DNA of 63,657 nt, counting the filler, from Octopus bimaculoides (taxonomy: Eukaryota), in the NCBI RefSeq assembly GCF_001194135.2. It is 5 parts of 4 records of this genome, joined end to end, with 100 filler letters (N's around TTAATTAATTAA, not from the genome) between each part and the next. Parts side by side here need not be neighbours in the genome. Positions count along the whole stretch, not along the records: positions 27,370 to 44,361 come from NC_069000.1; positions 44,462 to 62,552 come from NC_069003.1; 3 more parts are not named here. One strand, written 5' to 3'. Made by a program: the position numbers and the translations under genes. This document shows positions 37,260 through 49,828 of the stretch, piece by piece; within the stretch, counting starts at the first letter, position 1; the number at the start of each line of letters is the position of its first letter. The notes beneath the pieces are model-generated. The model made no database searches. It was not told the DNA's origin and saw nothing but the letters and a program-made list of their open reading frames with translations.

Positions 37260-37826
37260 AAGAAAGTGAGAGAGAGAGAGAGAAAGAAAGTGAGAGAAAG
37301 AGAAAGAAAGAAAGCGAGAGAGAGATAAATGAAAGTTATCATTCAGTTTATTTATTTATTATGTATATATGTATGAATGGCTTCAGTGACACACACTCAC
37401 ACACGCACGCAGGTTGTCTTAATCGATTTTCTCTGTAAGTATGGGGGCTAGGAAAAAATAGAAAGCGCGTTCCAATCTATGCACTCGTCTCCACATGTGT
37501 GCCTTTTTCACGTGAATCCACTCAGCCGTGAACCTCAAGACAAGAAAGAANNNNNNNNNNNNNNNNNNNNNNNNNNNNNNNNNNNNNNNNNNNNNNNNNN
37601 NNNNNNNNNNNNNNNNNNNNNNNNNNNNNNNNNNNNNNNNNNNNNNNNNNNNNNNNNNNNNNNNNNNNNNNNNNNNNNNNNNNNNNNNNNNNNNNNNNNN
37701 NNNNNNNNNNNNNNNNNNNNNNNNNNNNNNNNNNNNNNNNNNNNNNNNNNNNNNNNNNNNNNNNNNNNNNNNNNNNNNNNNNNNNNNNNNNNNNNNNNNN
37801 NNNNNNNNNNNNNNNNNNNNNNNNNN

Positions 37827-38591
37827 AGAAAGTCAGTTTCTTAAGAAATGAAAATTAATATGTGAACTTAAATTGAAAATGGAAAAGAGCTGAACGAAAC
37901 ATCAAAATATATGGCGCAACTGTTTGAAACATTAAGATGAATGACAGAACAGAAGCCGAACTAGCATGTTCGTTCCATCTTCAGTAACAGTTACATACGC
38001 TGTATACACTTCATAGAAACAACAGGAAAAAACTGTATTTAAGGGATAGGAGATAAAAAACACACACACACATGACGTGCTTCTTTTAATTTCCATCAAC
38101 CAAATCCATTCACGAGGCTTAATCAGCCCAGAGCGAGAGCACAAAGACACTTGCTCAAGGTGCCATGCAATAGGACTGAACCCGGAAACATATGGTTGGA
38201 TAGCAAATTTCTTAACACAGAGCAACACCTGCGCCAGAATTTTCCCTTTTAGTTTTTTGCTTTTTTTTTTGTTTTTTTGTTTTTTGTTATTTTGGATTTT
38301 GTCAATTATTTACGATATTGAATAATCGAGTTTCAAAGTGCCAAGAAAGTCAGTTTCTTAAGAAATGAAAATTAATATGTGAACTTAAATTGAAAATGGA
38401 AAAGAGCTGAACGAAACATCAAAATATATGGCGCAACTGTTTGAAACATTAAGATGAATGACAGAACAGAAGCCGAACTAGCATGTTCGTTCCATCTTCA
38501 GTAACAGTTACATACGCTGTATACACTTCATAGAAACAACAGGAAAAAACTGTATTTAAGGGATAGGAGATAAAAAACACACACACACATG
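37827..38591 (+). repeat. 248-bp direct duplication (37827-38074 = 38344-38591) next to a gap
   Basis: No differences seen by eye; period 517 bp; a SINE A fragment lies between the copies. Confidence 0.9.
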
Positions 38592-39006
38592 TATGTATAT
38601 ATATTTAAGGTATGTGTGTGCGTGCTTGCGTATGTATGTATGTATGTAATTTGTGCCGTGCTGTATACAAAACACGACTCTTTGCCAATGTTCTTTTATA
38701 TTTTGACAGATAGCCGCCGTGAAAGTGAAATAATTTTCGATATCTTTTTAGCCATCGTTATATAGCAGAGAGAGAAACTATACACTGAAACAAAAGTGGA
38801 AATAAGTACGTTTTATGTCCATTTTGTTGTTTTAAGTCTATGAGTAATTTGTGTGTGTGTGTGTGTGTGTCCATGCGCGCGTGTGTGTGCGTGTCTGTGT
38901 GTAGATGCGTATGCGTATGGATCGCTTACTACCTAACTGGATAAATAAATCGATAAATAGATATATTGATAGACAGATAAAAGTTTTAAATATCTGAAAC
39001 ACACAC

Positions 39007-39050
<44 letters not shown>

Positions 39051-39721
39051 CGTGCGAATGTTTGAATTATGTATTTATAAATATATCTTTTCATTTGTTT
39101 CAGCCAGTAAGGTGTGTGTGCCGCATGGGTCACTGCCGCTGGATAATATTCATATATGTCTGTATGCATGCATAATATTTAAATTTTACATATTTCTATA
39201 TACATAAACGTTTAGATATATATATATCTACGAATGTGTGTGAAATCTATGTATAAACATATTTATATATCGGTATTAATACATTTGTATGTTTGTATCT
39301 ATATCTATCTGTCTGTCTGTTTGTATGTATGTATGTTTGTATATATGTCATCATACACTGGAAATGCTTCTGCTAATTGGTATCCATCAGAAATTCCATA
39401 GTTTCGTAGAGTTTGTATAAATAGATAAATGATAATTTTAGTCTTCATTTTGCCCTTTCTCACTTATAACCTGATCATGAAAATTGACAGCCCTCTTTTT
39501 TTATTGTCCAAGTGTGACTGTGTGGTAGGACACTTGCTTCCCAACCATATATCTCCCGGTTCAGTCGCTCTGCGTGGCACCTTGGGCAAGTATCTTCTAA
39601 TATAGTCCCACACCGAATAAAGCCTTGAGTAGATTTAGTTGATGGAAACTGAAAGCAACTCATCGTACAGTATGTACGTACCTGTATGTACATATGTGTG
39701 TGTGTGTGTTTGTGCTTCTTT

Positions 39722-40540
39722 GGAGGTGGCGCCATTGGCCACTGTCGCCTCACTTCTATCTTTTAAGATGTCATGTAGTCACTCGTCGATTTTTCTTTGA
39801 CAAAATCATGCAGCTTATGGCATATCATATCGTGGTCGACTTGATGAAAAGCTTTTGCTAAGTCGAGATATTTCACATCTACATTTGAGTTGTTGAGCAG
39901 CTGTTTAAACACCCAGTCGTTGTGCAGTAAGACCTCGGGCGCTTCTGCTTGGTCGAAAACTATGCTGGGTGTCAGTCATCAAGGGATGCAATTTGTTCCC
40001 TTCTGACTATTCGTCCGGCTACTTTGCTGATGTGTGAAGTTAGAGAGATAAGCCTATAGTTTTTAGTATCTGCTCTGCTTCCTCCTTTATGGATTGGGCA
40101 TATTATTCCCTTCTTCATTTTTCCTGGGAGCTTACGACTTGCAAGGAAGCTTTGAAAAAGAAGCTGCAGTGGTTTTGCGAGAGCTCGTTCGCATAATTTG
40201 AGAAAGATTGCTGGGAATCCATCAGACCCAGAAGCTGAATTTGCGTCTGCTTCATCTATTGCCAATATTACATCTTGTTTGATATCGATGTAATCAATTA
40301 TTACTGCCTCCCTGGTTACAGGTATAGTGGCAAAGAACTCTGCTGCTTTGTTCACTTGCCTGTGGTCTATCGTCTTAGTGAAAACACTTTTGAACTGTTC
40401 CTTCAGTATTGCACTTATCCTCCTTGAGTTTCTCCTAAGGGAGCCATACTTTCGTAGGAGGGGCCCTATCTTGTAACGTGTTGAGGTTGTATCTTTGGCA
40501 AAATTAGAGAAAATTAAAGGGTCTGACTTCATATTTTTAT
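39722..40540 (-). mobile_element. CR1-clade LINE RT fragment
   Basis: SASGSDGFPAIFLK, IICPIHKGGSRADTKNYRLISLTSHISKV, VDVKYLDLAKAFHQVDH, KDRSEATVANG. Confidence 0.85.
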
Positions 40541-40782
40541 AACCCGGGTTTCTTTATCTGCTCTCTCTTTCATGGGATTGTTGTCATCAGATTTGTTTTC
40601 AGGTGGGACTTTTCACAACTTTCGAGATGTGTTTAGGCGATTTTCTACCTTTCTCCGTCGTCTCATAAGAATGTTCCTCTTCCTGACGTATTGTTCGAGT
40701 TTAATCTATCTATCAATCTCTCTCTCTCACTCTCTGTCTGTCTTGTCTGTCTGTCTGTCCGTCTGTATCTATCTATCTAGCA

Positions 40783-40827
<45 letters not shown>

Positions 40828-40948
40828 NNNNNNNNNNNNNNNNNNNNNNNNNNNNNNNNNNNNNNNNNNNNNNNNNNNNNNNNNNNNNNNNNNNNNNNNN
40901 NNNNNNNNNNNNNNNNNNNNNNNNNNNNNNNNNNNNNNNNNNNNNNNN

Positions 40949-40979
<31 letters not shown>

Positions 40980-41144
40980 ACTCTTTTCATATGTACATAG
41001 ATGCACATATATTTCCATATACACAGACTATATATATATAGTCTCGCTCTCACCCACTTTCTCTTTGTGCATATCATTATATTATATACACATATACATG
41101 TGTGTATGTATGTGTTATATGGATTATATATGTATGTATCTATA

Positions 41145-41180
<36 letters not shown>

Positions 41181-41371
41181 TATATAAGGTTGCAGCATGG
41201 CCGCAGTCCAATGACTGTAACAAGTAAAAGATAAAAAGATATATATATATATATATATTTATATACCGGAGTAAGCACATAAAATGCCCAACAAGGTGGA
41301 AAAAAGAGTACTCAAATACCAGAGGTAGAGTAATATGCTTTATTTAAAAGCAGCAGAAATATAACAAAAGA

Positions 41372-41409
41372 CTGTTACTCGGAGTTTCACGTTCCCGTTC
41401 ATCGGACAG
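41372..41409 (-). ncRNA. Type I hammerhead variant (core CCGATGA, U4C)
   Basis: ctgt CCGATGA acg-ggaa-cgt GAAA ctccgag TA/ acag. Confidence 0.7.
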
Positions 41410-41430
41410 TTTTGTTAGAAATCTAACAAA

Positions 41431-41470
41431 ACTGTCCGAGGAACGGGAACGGGAAACTTCGAGTAACAGT
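41431..41470 (+). ncRNA. Mirror hammerhead copy with three substitutions
   Basis: actgt CCGAGGA acg-ggaa-cgg GAAA cttcgag TA/ acagt. Confidence 0.6.
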
Positions 41471-41503
41471 CTTTTGTTATATTTCTGCTGCTTTTAAATA
41501 AAG

Positions 41504-41535
<32 letters not shown>

Positions 41536-43836
41536 TCCATCACTTTATATCCCGCACACATATACGCAAATATCACATATTATATGCTCATACTTTAGGT
41601 TTATTTATGTTTTCCTATCTACTTATATGAGAGATTATGTGATTGGGAGGTTGAGGTGCATTGATGAGAGTTAGAACGATAAAGAGAGGAAGTTGATAGT
41701 AGAAATATGTAAGAGCGAGATTTTTAAAATCGAAGTGAGAGCTATGGAAAACTAATTAGATTCAGAATTTTGATAATCACATAAGTCTATGACGGTTATT
41801 TATCAAGCAAACAAATATTTTAATGAAATTGTGCCTTCGCTTTTAAGACGAGTGTTTGTGTGTAAATATGCTTATGCCTGCATTTGCGTATATCTGCGTG
41901 TTTGTATATATGCGTTTAAGGGCATTGTATACATGTGCATCATGGGAGGGTTATATATGTATATGGTTATAGATTAAAATATACTGTATTTATATGTAGT
42001 AAAGAAACGAAGTTAAACGGTATTGCATTCTTTAATCAATGACGATCATTTCGATAATCACTTGTCTATATTTTTATCAATCAGCATGATGAGTTATACA
42101 TATATAAAAATCATGTGAAGTCATCGCATATTAAATGACAGTTCTACAAGCTATTTCTTCCAACTGGTTACAAAGGTAATATTTAAAAATGATACTGGTT
42201 TACATATAAGAATATTTTTTATTAAATATAATAAACGAGAAAGGAAGATAGGAAACAGAATAATAAATTATAAACAGCAGGTTGTTACAATGTCAGAAAT
42301 TCACTCAAGTGGAGAGACTATAGAGACAGGTTGTCTTTTAATTACCCTGTGTTCTATCATTTGCAAACAACAGGGCCACGAATATTGACATGTTGGGAAC
42401 CTTCTAATTTATTGTATTTTTATACTAAAGATAGAGAGATAAGAAGTTAGGAGTGAAAAGGAAAATGTTCAAAGAAGCGGCAGTTTACTACTATATATTC
42501 TCAGAATATAAAGAAAATATATCATGATAAAGATAAGTTTAAAAAGTAATGATAACAAGGAGCTAAAATAAAAGTACAGGATATAGTTTGAGATTGATAT
42601 GAGTATTGTTGGAGAGGATAAGATCATTTACAATTGGACTAAGTAAATAGATTGAGTAGTCATGTAAGAAATTATCTAAGTGGGATGTTTCGTGATGTGG
42701 AATATAATATACAAATTCACCTGTGATAAATCTGAAACCGAGACGATGAATAAGAAGGGTATCCTTAAAATTATTTAATTCAGTTAGTCAATCAGAATTT
42801 TTAAGAATGTTTGACTGAATTTATAGGAACACGAGATCAATGAGTTGTTACGCTTATTCATTAAATAGACTTTTAGGACCTCTGATGCATCCATAGAACT
42901 CAATTTACAGCTACCCTCGCTTCAATGGGTACAAATTCAGTACGTATTATTGTCCATGGTACCGAGTAACTAATATTCTTCGTTTTGAGGTTGCAAATAA
43001 AGTTAGCGAGCGAAGTACTAAGTGCTTTTCTTTTATTTTTAAAGGAATGTATATGATTATATAATCTAAATTTAAATTTGGATGCAATGGTACCAATATA
43101 GTTATGTACCTTATCTGGTATCGTAACTGAAGATTCATGTACTGCATTAGTTTTAAGATATTGGCTATTTAAAGGGCATTTATCAGGATTCCTTAAGTTA
43201 CACGTGCTATATGAGAAAATACAGAAGAGTTATTATTTACTGTATCACTATTATTACTATTATTAGAAGGGGACGTAATTGTCAAAATATTTATTGTATT
43301 GAGACATAATATTCACAGAAGGCAGAAAGTGCTTCCATGTTAGAATTTCATTTTTTATTCTTAATTGCTGCTATATTATCGGCTAAATAATATAGTGTGG
43401 TGAGGTGGAGTACGTAAATTTCACTGTATGTCGATTAAAGATTCTTTATCTATTACAGAGGAAGTGAAGTACTTGTTCAATGCCTTAAAAAATTCCTGTT
43501 TATCTGAAACTACATGAATTCTGAAAAGGGGGCGTTGAATCCCTATATTTTTATTTCGAATCTGGTACTTAGTCTATCGGTTTCTTTTGCCGGATCTCTA
43601 AATTACGGGGACATAAACAGACCAACACCAGTTGTCATGCAGTGATGGTGACAAACAAAGATACAAACACACATATATACGACGGGCTTTCCGTCTACTC
43701 ATTTCACTCATAAGGTTATGCTCGATGTGAGAATATAGCATATACACTAGCCTAAGATGTCACACAGTGGGACTGAACCTAGAACCATGTGGTTGGGAAG
43801 CAAGCTTCTTACCACCCAGTCACACCTGCGCCTACG

Positions 43837-43867
<31 letters not shown>

Positions 43868-43949
43868 TGTAGCTTGTCGAAGCTGCATCCTTCAGGTAAA
43901 AGTTTAATAAATATTCACTGAATAAATCTTCAGTTTAAGATAAAGATGA

Positions 43950-44350
43950 ACATTAATATATATATATATAGTGAGAATTTGCAAAAAAACACAAAAGACG
44001 AAGACGGGTGTGTACACAACAAACAGATGTTTTAGTTTAACGCTCGGGAAGTGAGAAAGTCTTTTAAGTTTCGAGCCTACGCTCTTAAACAGAAAGGAAC
44101 ACAGAAATAAACAGGGAGAGAAAATAAAAAAAAGGTTTAGTGGCTAGCGATCTATCATGGCGAATGCTGGACAGAGGGGTCACACAGGAGAGCTAGGAAG
44201 AAGGGGAGAGAATAAAGTATTGATGATGCCAAAACGAAGGTGCGCGTGCGTTTGTATGTAAGAGTATGTATGTGCGTGTGGATGGGCGCTGGTGACCTTG
44301 GCGTGTGTGCATGTGTAGGTGTGTGGATGATGGTGTGGGTGCTGGGAAGT
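43950..44350 (-). mobile_element. PLE-type terminal fragment with a degenerate hammerhead at 44061-44096
   Basis: Minus strand cttt CTGTTTA a gagc-gtag-gctc GAAA ctta aaag: stems I and II pair, core eroded. Confidence 0.55.
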
Positions 44351-44487
44351 GGTCAGTGCAANNNNNNNNNNNNNNNNNNNNNNNNNNNNNNNNNNNNNNN
44401 NNNNNTTAATTAATTAANNNNNNNNNNNNNNNNNNNNNNNNNNNNNNNNNNNNNNNNNNNNGTATTTGTATTTATGTACTTGAGTAT

Positions 44488-44549
44488 ATTCCACTGATGA
44501 AGGCAAAGCATTATTATTTATGCAAAGCCAGAAATCCAGGATTTGGAAT
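44488..44549 (+). ncRNA. Type I hammerhead motif, near-intact
   Basis: attcca CTGATGA a ggc-aaa-gcat-tattattt-atgc-aaa-gcc a GAAA tccagga TT/ tggaat; 6-bp stem I; quasi-palindromic stem III ATCCAGGAT. Confidence 0.7.
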
Positions 44550-44762
44550 TATCTTGTTATTTTTACTGGTTTATTTGGTCTTCGTCTTCGCTACTCATGC
44601 TATGTGGACATTTATTGTGGTTTTAGAGTCAGGATTTGACTGCTATTTTTCAGCGTGGTGATATCTCTTAGATACCCTGTATTATAATTTTAAATAATTG
44701 ATGGTTTTTATTCCCATGCTGACCACTTGATAAGATCAATATTTTAAATATCGATCTTATCC

Positions 44763-44796
<34 letters not shown>

Positions 44797-44799
<3 letters not shown>

Positions 44800-46716
44800 C
44801 ACCACTGATGCAATATTTCTGGTAAGACAGCTTCAGGAGAAATACGTAGCCAAGGATAAACCTCTGTACCTGGCTTTTGTTGACATGGAGAAAGCCTTTG
44901 ACAGGGTCCCCCGATCCGTCATCTGGTGGTTAATGAGGAAACTAGGGATAGAAGAATGGTTAGTGAGAGCTGTGCGAGCCATGTACAGAGATGCTGTCAG
45001 TAAGGTGAGGGTTGGAAATGAGTACAGTAATGAATTCCGGGTAGAGGTAGGGGTCCACCGAGGTTCTGTCCTCAGCCCCCTCCTATTTATCATAGTCCTC
45101 TAGGTGAAAACAGAGGAATTCAAGACAGGATGCCTCTGGGAGCTCCTCTATGCTGGTGACCTTGCACTAATTGCTGAGTCACTATCAGAACCAGAGGAGA
45201 AGTTTCAGATGTGGAAGCAAGGATTAAAATCGAGGGGCCTTAGAGTCAACCTAGCTAAAACCAAAGTCCTAATAAGTAGGAAGGTAGAGAAAACACAAAC
45301 CCCTTCAGGTAGATGGCCCTGCTCGATCTGTAGAAAAGGCGTAGGTAGAAACTCTATAAGATGTACCCACTGTAAGCTATGGACACATAAGAGGTGCAGC
45401 AATATCAAAGGAAGGTTAACTAGGAAGTTAGTTTTTGTATGTGGCAGATGTTCAGGAGCAATAAACACTGTAAATGTGTAGAAAACAACTTCTGCCACAT
45501 TCCAGGGAGAAAAACTAGAAGTAGCAGTCAGTAGCAGGGGAGGGTACACTTAAAGTGTAGCTGCTAGAATAAGAATAGCCTGGGCAAAGTTCAGAGAGCC
45601 CTTACCTCTGCTGGTGACAAAGGGCCTCTCGCTCAGAGTAAAAGGCAGACTGTATGACGCATGTGTATGAACAGCCATGCTACATGGCAGTGAAACATGG
45701 GCCATGACTACTGCGGACATGTGTAAGCTCGAAAGGAATGAAGCCAGTATTCTCCGATGGATGTGTAATGTCAGTGTGCATACTCGACAGAGTGTAAGTA
45801 CCTTGATAGAAAAGTTGAACCTTAGAAGCATCAGATGTGGTGTACAAGAGAGACGATTGCGCTGGTATGGTCATGTGGTGAGGATGGATGAGGATAGCTG
45901 TGTGAAAAAGTGCCACACCCTAGTGGTTGAGGGAACCTGTGGAAGAGGTAGGCCCAGGAAGACTAGGGATGAGTTGGTGAGGCATGACCTCCGAACATTA
46001 GGCCTCACCGAGGCAATGACTTCTGACCGAGACCTTTGGAAATATGCTGTGCGTGAGAAGACCCGGCAAGTCAAGTGAGACCAAAATCCAAGGCTTCTGC
46101 CAGGGATATAGCCAGCCCACTTATGCGTACCTTTNNNNNNNNNNNNNNNNNNNNNNNNNNNNNNNNNNNNNNNNNNNNNNNNNNNNNNNNNNNNNNNNNN
46201 NNNNNNNNNNNNNNNNNNNNNNNNNNNNNNNNNNNNNNNNNNNNNNNNNNNNNNNNNNNNNNNNNNNNNNNNNNNNNNNNNNNNNNNNNNNNNNNNNNNN
46301 NNNNNNNNNNNNNNNNNNNNNNNNNNNNNNNNNNNNNNNNNNNNNNNNNNNNNNNNNNNNNNNNNNNNNNNNNNNNNNNNNNNNNNNNNNNNNNNNNNNN
46401 NNNNNGTGAAAAGTCATTCGAGCAAGATCATTGCCAGTGCCGTTGGACTGGCTTCTGTGCATGTGGCACATAAAATACACCATTTTGAGTGTTGCCGTTG
46501 CCAGTACCGGGTGCCTGGCCTTTGTGCCGGTGGCACGTAAAAGCACCCACTACACTCCAGGAGTGGTTGGCGTTAGGAAGGGCATCCAGCTGTAGAAACT
46601 CTGCCAAATCAGATTGGAGCCTGGTGTAGCCATCTGGTTCACCAGTCCTCAGTCAAATCGTCCAACCCTGCTAGCATGGAAAGCAGACGTTAAACGATGA
46701 TGATGATGATGATGAT
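44797..46716 (+). mobile_element. 5'-truncated RTE-clade LINE (RT domains 3-7, PHD-like insert, 3' UTR, (GAT)n tail)
   Basis: STTDAIFLVRQLQEK, DMEKAFDRVP, GVHRGSVLSPLLF, LLYAGDL, MLHGSETW, RLRWYGHVVRM, RGRPRKT; tail taaacgatgatgat. Confidence 0.95.
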
Positions 46717-47061
46717 ATTTATATATTATATGTTATAACAAATGAGAGAAACACATAATGGAGTTAAAAAGATTCTTTATTAATCACAATGATTGTTTCG
46801 ACCCATCTTGCATAAACCCTCGCAGGGGAGATATTGTACAACTGGTTGAGGTGCATCCTTTGGTGCAGATGTGTCTTGTTTGGTGACTTTTCAAAAGGTA
46901 CTTCACTCAAAAAAACTAGGTTTTGCTTGGTTTGCTTATAATGCATGTTGTTATTTGCCTGTAGCTGGTTGACTACAGGTTCCATGGTTTGGAATGACAT
47001 GGGATAGTTGCTTTTTATTTTTTTATATACAGTTAATGGGTCTACATTTAGTTAATCATAA

Positions 47062-49090
47062 ATCATCATCATTGTTTAATGTTTGCTTTCCATGCTGGCA
47101 TGGGTTGGACAGTTTGACTGAGGACTTGCAAGCCAGTAGGCTGCACCAAACTTTAATCTGATCTGGCAAGGTTTGTACAGCTGGATGCCCTTCCTAATGC
47201 CAACTACTCCAAGAGTGTAGTGGATGCTTTTTACATGCCACCAGCACGAGAGCCAGGTCAGGGGGCCCTGACATTGACCATGTTCACATGGTGCTTTTTA
47301 CATGCCACCAGCATGGGGAGCCAGTCAGGTAGGACTAGCATCAACCCACACTTGTGTGGTGCTTATTATGTGCCACCAGCATGAGTGCCAGTCAGGCGAC
47401 ACTGGCTATGACTATGATTTCACTTGACTCAACAGGGCTTCTCAAGCACATCATATCACCAGACCCTTGAAAGGTACTTTTAAATGGGCCAGTTATACAA
47501 TACTGGCATCAGCCATGGCTGCAATCTCACTTTACTTGCCAGATTTTCTCAATCACAGCATATCTCAAAAGGTCTCGATCTCTTGTCATTGCCTCTGTCT
47601 TCCTGGGTCTACTTCTTCCACAAGTTCCTTCCACTGTTAGGGTGTGACACTTCTTCACACAACTGTCCTCATCCATATGTAACACATGACCACACCAGCA
47701 CAGTCGTCTCTCTTACATACCACATCTGATGGTTCTTATGTCCAACTTTTCTCTCAGAGCACTTACACTCTGTTGTGTAAGCACATTGACATTACACAAC
47801 AAGCAGAGCATACTAGCTTTATTCTTTCAAGCCTACGCATGTCCTCAGTAGTCATGGCTAATGTTTCACTGCTGTGTAGCGTAGCAGTTCGCACACATGC
47901 ACCATACAGTCTATCTTTCACTCTGAGAGAGAGGCCCTTTGTTGCATACAGAGGTAGGAGCTTTCTGATTTTTGCCTAGGTTATCCTTATTCTAGCAGCT
48001 ATACTCTCAGAGCATCCACTTCCGCTATAGACTTGGTCACCTAGGTAGCGGAAGCTATCAATTATGTCTAGTTTTTCTGGTATGTGATGGGATCTGTTTT
48101 CTGTACATCTTCAGTGTTTATTGCCCCTGTGCATCTGCCACACACAAAACCTATCTTCCCAGTTAACCTTCCTTTGATATTGTTGCACTTCTTATGTGTC
48201 CATAGCTTGCACTGGGTGTATCTTATAGAGTTTCTACCTACACATTTTCTACAGGGTCATCTACCTGAAGGGGTTTGTGATTTGTTAGCTTTCCCACTTA
48301 CTAAGATTTTGATTTTTGCTAGGTTGACTCTAAGGCCCTTCAATTTTAGACCTTGCTTCCACACCTGATACTTCATCTCTAGTTCTGATAGTGACTCAGC
48401 TATTAGAGCGAGGTCATCAGCATAGAGGAGCTCTCAGGGGCAACCCGTCTGGAATTCCTCTGTTATTGCCTGGAGGACAATGATGAATAAAAGGGGACTG
48501 AGGACTGATCTTTGGTGGACCCCTACTTCTACCCAGAATTCTTCACTATACTCATTGCCCATCCTCACCTTACTGACAGCATCCCTGTACAGGGCTTGTA
48601 CAGTACTTACCAACCACTTGTCTATCCCTAGTTTCTGCATTGATCACCAGATAAGGGATCAAGGGACCCTGTCAAAGGCTTTCTCCATGTCAGCAAAGGC
48701 CAGGTACAGAGGTTTATCTTTGGCTAGGTATTTCTCCTGCAGTTGCCTTACCAGATATATAGCATCAGTGGTGCTTCTACCTGGCACAAAACCAAACTGC
48801 ATCTCATCTAGGCTAACTCTCTCTGTAACTTTCATCACCTGATCCAGCAATCTGATACCCCTGTAGTTATTTCTATCTAAAGCATCACCTTTACCTTTGT
48901 AGCAGTTGACTATGGTGCTGCCACACCAGTGATTGGGCATGACTCCTTCATGAACTACCTGATTTATGATATGGATGACTAGGCTGCCAGATATTTTAAG
49001 CATCTCAGCCGTTGATTCCTGATGGGCCAGGGGCTTTCCCTGTCTTCATATCCTTAATTGCTTTATCTACCAGGGTACTGTTAATTCAAG
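47062..49090 (-). mobile_element. 5'-truncated RTE-clade LINE, tail-to-tail with the previous copy
   Basis: NYRGIRLLDQVMKV, QFGFVPGRSTTDAI, KAFDRVP, LLYADDL, degenerate PHD, same 3' UTR and CAT tail; CpG-depleted. Confidence 0.95.
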
Positions 49091-49547
49091 TAGCTAGTCC
49101 TTGCATAAAAATACACATAGACACACACACACACACATATACCCATGGTATTGTGGATGGACAGACACACTCCCACAGTTAAAGATAAGGAAATAACATT
49201 AAATAAAGTCATAAAAAATACTATGATCTCTAAAGCGACTGTATTATCTTTTTATATGTATTTCTATATATATACATATATTATATATATATATTGAGAG
49301 AGAAATATGTACACCCCCGCCACACAAGCACACTGTATCTGTACCCTAGCATGGCTTCATCCTCAAGCAGAAAACAATAGAACAATATGTACACTGTCTG
49401 AATAACTGAGATTGTCCCCGTTGGAACACCTTTGATCACATATCTATGCAATCAGGGCTAACGAGGCCTAAAAAACAAGATATATTGAGACAATAATAGA
49501 GCCTCTATGTGGTCTTTCTATTTGCTAGATATTACAGCCAGATAAAA

Positions 49548-49828
49548 AGCACGATCTGAACATGGTCGATGTCAGCCCCCTCCCTGACTGGCTCCTGTGC
49601 CGGTAGCATGTAAAAGCACCATCCGAACATGGCCAATGTCAGTGCCGCCTGACTGGCTCCCATGCTGGTGGCACGTAAAAAGCATCCTCTACACTCTTGG
49701 AGTTAGGAAGGGAATCCAGCTGTAGAAGCCTTGCCAGATCAGATTGGAACCTGGTGCAGCCTCCTGGCTTGTCAGTCCCCAGTCAAAGCATCCAGATGTT
49801 AAATGATGATGATGATGATGATGATGAT
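49548..49828 (+). mobile_element. RTE 3' UTR fragment with (GAT)n tail
   Basis: Matches 46480-46716. Confidence 0.85.

Larger units (their letters stand above)
41338..41503. repeat. Near-perfect palindrome: 82-bp arms (79/82), 2-nt spacer, one hammerhead per arm
   Basis: Left arm 41338-41419, right arm 41422-41503. Confidence 0.95.

Noticed and set aside
42911-42965. Possible 55-nt exon YPRFNGYKFSTYYCPWYR (CPWY recalls class B GPCR ectodomains)
   Set aside because: Too short, lacks the preceding CW motif, and lies in a different assembly piece from the other candidate exons.
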